Positions 15,839-20,000 of a stretch of DNA of 20,000 bases are shown piece by piece (the first letter of the stretch is position 1; each line of letters opens with the position of its first letter). The stretch is from the IMG/VR virus record IMGVR_UViG_3300042451_001437. One strand, given 5' to 3'. This stretch comes from an uncultured virus (IMG/VR IMGVR_UViG_3300042451_001437). Lineage: Duplodnaviria > Heunggongvirae > Uroviricota > Caudoviricetes. Made by a program: the position numbers and the translations under genes. The notes below the pieces were generated by a model. It was not told where the DNA came from. It saw only the letters and a program-made list of their open reading frames with translations, and ran no database searches.

Positions 15839-18589
15839 ATGAAAAAATTATTATACATCGCCCCACACCTTTCCACAGGCGGTTTACCACAGTACCTAAC
15901 TAAAAAAATTGAATTACTTAGAGATTCATTTGACATTTATGTTGTTGAATGGTCTAACCACACTGGTGGTGTGTTGGTTGTACAAAGAGATAAAATAACT
16001 TCAATGGTTGCGCCAGATAAATTTTTTACTCTGGAAGAAAATAAAATGCAATTGATTGATATTATTAATCATGTATCACCTGATATTGTACACTTAGAAG
16101 AAATCCCTGAATATTTCATGGATTTTGAAGTTGCAAAAGAAATCTACAAAAAAGATCGTAATTATGTTATTGTAGAAACTTCTCACGATTCATCATACGA
16201 TGCCACACAAAAGAAATTTTTTCCAGACAAATTTATGTTTGTATCTGATTGGCAAATTAAATTATTTGAATCGATTGATATACCAAAAGTTTTGGTTGAA
16301 TATCCTATTGAATACAAACAAAGACCAAATAGAGAGGATGCTTTAAGAGATTTAGGTTTAGACCCTAATAAAAAGCATATACTACACGTTGGTTTATTTA
16401 CACCAAGAAAAAATCAAAAAGAATTTTTCGAATACGCAAAATCTTTACCAGAATATGTTTTCCATTCTGTTGGAAATCAAGCTGGGAACTTTGCGCACTA
16501 CTGGGAACCTTTAATGAAGGATAAACCAGAAAATGTTGTTTGGCATGGTGAAAGAAAAGATGTTGATAGATTTTATCAGGCGATGGATCTATTCTTATTT
16601 ACATCCAGGGGTACAGATAATGATAAGGAAACAATGCCTTTGGTTATTCGTGAGGCTATTTCCTGGAACTTACCAATTTTAATTTACAACCTTGGTGTTT
16701 ATTTGAATTATTTTGATAAATTTGATAACATCAGTTATTTAGATTTTACAGATTTTAATAAAAACTGCTCTTTGATAACAGAGGTTCTTGAAAATGGTTA
16801 CCAAAGTAATCAAGCGTTAGATATTGATAGAAGTAACGAGGCTGTAATAATCTCAACTTACCCAACGACAAAAAGCGTATTTGATACAACCGCTGAATGT
16901 ATAATGGCTGCTAAAAAAACAGGTAGAAAGGTTATATTAACTTCTCACCTGCCAATTTCACCAGATTTACAAAATTTAGTTGACTATTGTATATACGATA
17001 AAAATAATATTTTAACAAAACACACATACTACTCTCAAAGTAGATACAGTGAAGCTGATTTCTTTGCGTTTGTTAATTTAAGAGGTGAAGGTAACGATGT
17101 TTATCACGGGCCCACTTGTTACACAAACTACTACAATGGCGCTGCATTGGCAAATGAATTGGGTATGGAAAAAGTTTATTTCCTTAACTATGATTATGTC
17201 CTTAAAAATGACGCTTATTTGGATAATGTTTCAAAAGTATTAAACACAAAATCAGCTTACTTTGGGGATATGCCAAATAATCAAGAGGGTCACTCAGTTA
17301 CTACATTCTTTATGGGTATTAGACCTAGTTTTTATTTAAACACGGTTGATCCAATATTTTGTGCGCAAGACTATGAAAATTTAAAAACTAAATGGGGTTC
17401 ATTTAGCAATGGATATGAAAATATGATGTATTTTGCTTTTAAAGACAAAATGAATCAAATTGAATTGGTTGGTGAGGAACAATTTAAAACCGAAGTTGCG
17501 ACTAATTTCCACCATAGAGATTATTCTAGAGTAGAATATTTTACGGTGTTACCGACAAATATCCCTAATTCATTCACCGTTTATTTCCAAGTTTCAAATT
17601 CAATCGATAGTAGAATTGTTAACATAAAAATTAACAAAAACGGATCATTATTAAAAGAAGAGCAAATTACTGTGACAGGTAGAGGTGCTTGGTACAATAT
17701 GGTTGGTTATAATTTAGATGAGAACGCTGAATATACTATTGATTATCAAGCTTTTGATAAAGACACACAACAATTTATTGAAAGTAAGTTAATGAAAATT
17801 GACAACAATTATATACTAAACACATTACCTAATAATGGTATGTTTGAATATAAAGGTAATCTTAATAATGTTAATTTATTAACTAATGATGACCCTTCTA
17901 AACCTAAAATTAGAATAGTGCATTTAGTTACAGAACCAACAACTAACCCTAAAGAATTAAGGTCAGCTTTTTCTTTGAAAGATTTTGCCAAGACTTTTGA
18001 TAATGTTGAATATTACGAAAAAGTTAATGAAATTTATAGGGAGTTACCACCAGTTGATACGTGTAATAGACCACATGATGTTGCACCTGAACCAGGGTAC
18101 TTCAAACTATCCCCAGGACACTATGGTTGTTTCTTAGCACATAAAAACGGTATTACTTTACCAGATAACAATCAGTATGATTTTATCTTAGTATTTGAGG
18201 GTGATGTTATTATTGATGCACCTTATCAAGAATTGTATGATAATTTAATTAGGTGGTCACAATTAGCCAAAGAAGAAAATGTTGATATGGTTGGTTTTGG
18301 TAATTACTGTGCTGAAAGATATAGTGGTGAGCGTGAAGATTTAATGCTTAATTTAAGTATTTTTGCACCAGCGCAATCCTACTTGATTAATAGAGAAAAA
18401 TTACCTACTTTTGTAGAAAAATTTGAAACTTGTAAATGGGATGCGTTTGATTTGTGGATGACCAAGGTTGCTAAATTACACGGTGCAATGGCTAACAAGA
18501 TCTATACTAAACATTTACCAGGTTATTCTATTGTAGATAGAAAGGATAAAAATAAAGATAACGACTACGCAGCAATTTTTACTAATTAA
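15839..18589 (+). CDS. Multi-domain glycosyltransferase (N-terminal GT4/GT-B, central putative GT-like domain, C-terminal GT25-like domain)
   Basis: N-terminal: HLSTGGLP, VGLFTPRKNQ, DLFLFTS and ETMPLVIREA (E-x7-E). Middle: ILTSH..DYCIYD..FLNYDY. C-terminal: GHYGCFLAH, ILVFEGD, AQSYLIN and AFDLW, which are GT25-like. Confidence 0.82.
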   Translation: MKKLLYIAPHLSTGGLPQYLTKKIELLRDSFDIYVVEWSNHTGGVLVVQRDKITSMVAPDKFFTLEENKMQLIDIINHVSPDIVHLEEIPEYFMDFEVAKEIYKKDRNYVIVETSHDSSYDATQKKFFPDKFMFVSDWQIKLFESIDIPKVLVEYPIEYKQRPNREDALRDLGLDPNKKHILHVGLFTPRKNQKEFFEYAKSLPEYVFHSVGNQAGNFAHYWEPLMKDKPENVVWHGERKDVDRFYQAMDLFLFTSRGTDNDKETMPLVIREAISWNLPILIYNLGVYLNYFDKFDNISYLDFTDFNKNCSLITEVLENGYQSNQALDIDRSNEAVIISTYPTTKSVFDTTAECIMAAKKTGRKVILTSHLPISPDLQNLVDYCIYDKNNILTKHTYYSQSRYSEADFFAFVNLRGEGNDVYHGPTCYTNYYNGAALANELGMEKVYFLNYDYVLKNDAYLDNVSKVLNTKSAYFGDMPNNQEGHSVTTFFMGIRPSFYLNTVDPIFCAQDYENLKTKWGSFSNGYENMMYFAFKDKMNQIELVGEEQFKTEVATNFHHRDYSRVEYFTVLPTNIPNSFTVYFQVSNSIDSRIVNIKINKNGSLLKEEQITVTGRGAWYNMVGYNLDENAEYTIDYQAFDKDTQQFIESKLMKIDNNYILNTLPNNGMFEYKGNLNNVNLLTNDDPSKPKIRIVHLVTEPTTNPKELRSAFSLKDFAKTFDNVEYYEKVNEIYRELPPVDTCNRPHDVAPEPGYFKLSPGHYGCFLAHKNGITLPDNNQYDFILVFEGDVIIDAPYQELYDNLIRWSQLAKEENVDMVGFGNYCAERYSGEREDLMLNLSIFAPAQSYLINREKLPTFVEKFETCKWDAFDLWMTKVAKLHGAMANKIYTKHLPGYSIVDRKDKNKDNDYAAIFTN

Positions 18590-19182
18590 TGTATTTACAC
18601 GGCCACAAATTAAACACAAAACACCCAGATTTTAGTCTGGGGTGGTGTGAATCAGTCTTCAAAGAAATTTGGTTAGATCACGAATACTCAAGGTATGGTG
18701 TTGAAGTTGAAAAAGGTGATGTAGTTGTTGATTGTGGGGCTAATGTTGGTTTTTTCACCAACTACGCTTTAAATTATCGTAAAGCAAAACATGTCTATTC
18801 ATTTGAATGTGATGAAACATATATTGAGTGTTTAAGAGAAAATACAAATGAAAATGTTACCATAACACAAGCGTTTGTTTCTGATAGAGACGAAGAAGGT
18901 CATTATAACATTGAAAAAATGTTACATGATTTTGGTTTAACTCATATCGATTTCATTAAAGTGGACATTGAGTGGTGGGAATACCCATTATTAATCAACA
19001 TGTCAAATGAAACAATGAAAAGAGCAAACAAATGGGTTATTGAGTTGCATAGTATATACGATAATTACGATAAAATATTAGATATAATTGAAAAATTTAC
19101 ATTAAATGGGTTTGATGTAAATTACGAACAAGTACATAAAGAAACAAACCTAGCATTATTATACGCAAAAAAAAGAATATGA
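18589..19182 (+). CDS. FkbM-family SAM-dependent methyltransferase
   Basis: VVVDCGANVGFF (SAM motif I), VYSFEC, IDFIKVDIEWWE and VIELH. Coupled to the upstream gene via TAATG. Confidence 0.88.
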   Translation: MYLHGHKLNTKHPDFSLGWCESVFKEIWLDHEYSRYGVEVEKGDVVVDCGANVGFFTNYALNYRKAKHVYSFECDETYIECLRENTNENVTITQAFVSDRDEEGHYNIEKMLHDFGLTHIDFIKVDIEWWEYPLLINMSNETMKRANKWVIELHSIYDNYDKILDIIEKFTLNGFDVNYEQVHKETNLALLYAKKRI

Positions 19183-20000
19183 AAATTTGTCAAGTACACC
19201 CAGGATGCGGAATTCCAGTACCACCACCTAATTGGGGTGCTGTTGAAAAAATAGTATGGGAATTTACCCAGAATTTAAGATTATTAGGACATGAAGTTGA
19301 CATTAAATATGCCAATGAGATTAAACCAGGTGAATACGATGTTGTTCACGTGCACATGGCCAATTTATGTCATTTTTTACAGGATAGAGATATACCATAC
19401 ATTTATCAATTACATGATCACCATGCGTATTACTACGGTAAAGGGTCATATGTTTTTAACCAAAATAACAGAGCTATTCTCGAATCACAGGTTTCTTTGA
19501 TGCCTGGTAAATTCTTGGTACCTTATTTTGACACCGAAAAAGCTATTTATTTTTCACATGGTGTTAACACCGATTTTTATCACCCTTCAGATGTCAGACC
19601 AAAAGAGCATAAATTACTATGTTTAGCCAATAACGGATTAGCTGGTATGGATGGGTATGATAGAAAAGGTTTTGGTTTCGCTATCCAAGCAGCAATGGCG
19701 AGAAATCTACCAATAACAATTGCTGGCCCAAGAAATAACCAAAATTTCTTTAATGAGAATCCATGGGTTAACGGATACGCAAAATTATCTATCGAATGGG
19801 AACCAAATCAAGATGAATTGGTTAACTTATATCACAGGCACACAATCTTCATGCACCCTTCTGAATTAGAAGCTGGGCACCCTAATTTAACGATTTTAGA
19901 GGCCGCTGCATGTGGTTTACCTATTAACGGAGCTATTGAACTGGAAACCGATTTTAACGGTATGTGGAGAGCCCCTAGGAAGGTTACAGATATTGTACGT
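19179..20000 (+). CDS. GT4-family glycosyltransferase, 3'-truncated (not in the ORF track)
   Basis: ATG 19179 overlaps the previous stop (ATGA) and the frame is open to the window end: MKICQVHPGCGIPVPPPNWGAVEKIVW...DVVHVH...HGVNTDFY...RKGF...IFMHPSELEAGHPNLTILEAAACGLP. Confidence 0.88.
   Translation, partial: MKICQVHPGCGIPVPPPNWGAVEKIVWEFTQNLRLLGHEVDIKYANEIKPGEYDVVHVHMANLCHFLQDRDIPYIYQLHDHHAYYYGKGSYVFNQNNRAILESQVSLMPGKFLVPYFDTEKAIYFSHGVNTDFYHPSDVRPKEHKLLCLANNGLAGMDGYDRKGFGFAIQAAMARNLPITIAGPRNNQNFFNENPWVNGYAKLSIEWEPNQDELVNLYHRHTIFMHPSELEAGHPNLTILEAAACGLPINGAIELETDFNGMWRAPRKVTDIVR

Noticed and set aside
15834..15840. TATTTAT copy at the glycosyltransferase start
   Set aside because: It overlaps the ATG itself, so a transcript from it would miss the start codon. 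It may be chance.
270..17991. Short alternative-frame and antisense ORFs in the track (e.g. 270-512, 2488-2760, 3031-3476, 8145-8378, 8631-9026, 13397-13633, 15022-15442, 17809-17991)
   Set aside because: They lie within well-supported + strand genes and read as antisense shadows of biased codons.
19291..19500. 69-aa ORF in the track
   Set aside because: It is out of frame inside the GT4 gene starting at 19179.
1..20000. Stop-codon reassignment (no called gene ends in TAG)
   Set aside because: All long structural ORFs are intact in the standard code with no in-frame TAG or TGA. TAA dominance is expected at low GC.

Overview
This AT-rich window comes from a large tailed dsDNA phage with a T4-type head morphogenesis module, almost all on the + strand. 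In order it holds the 3' end of a probable baseplate spike gene, several virion-region hypothetical proteins, the large terminase (gp17-like), the portal (gp20-like), a probable prohead core protein, an antisense two-TM holin-like gene, a hypothetical protein plus an AAA+ ATPase, the prohead protease (gp21-like), a DUF4494-like protein, the scaffold (gp22-like) and the major capsid protein (gp23-like). Directly after the capsid gene a glycan-modification cluster begins: a 916-aa multi-domain glycosyltransferase, an FkbM-type methyltransferase and a GT4 glycosyltransferase running off the window. A TTTG-N20-TAnnTTTG promoter, a DUF4494-like gene and the lack of Shine-Dalgarno sites point to a Bacteroidota host. 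A recurrent TATTTAT motif upstream of structural genes looks like a phage late promoter. All assignments come from reading motifs by eye; no searches were run.
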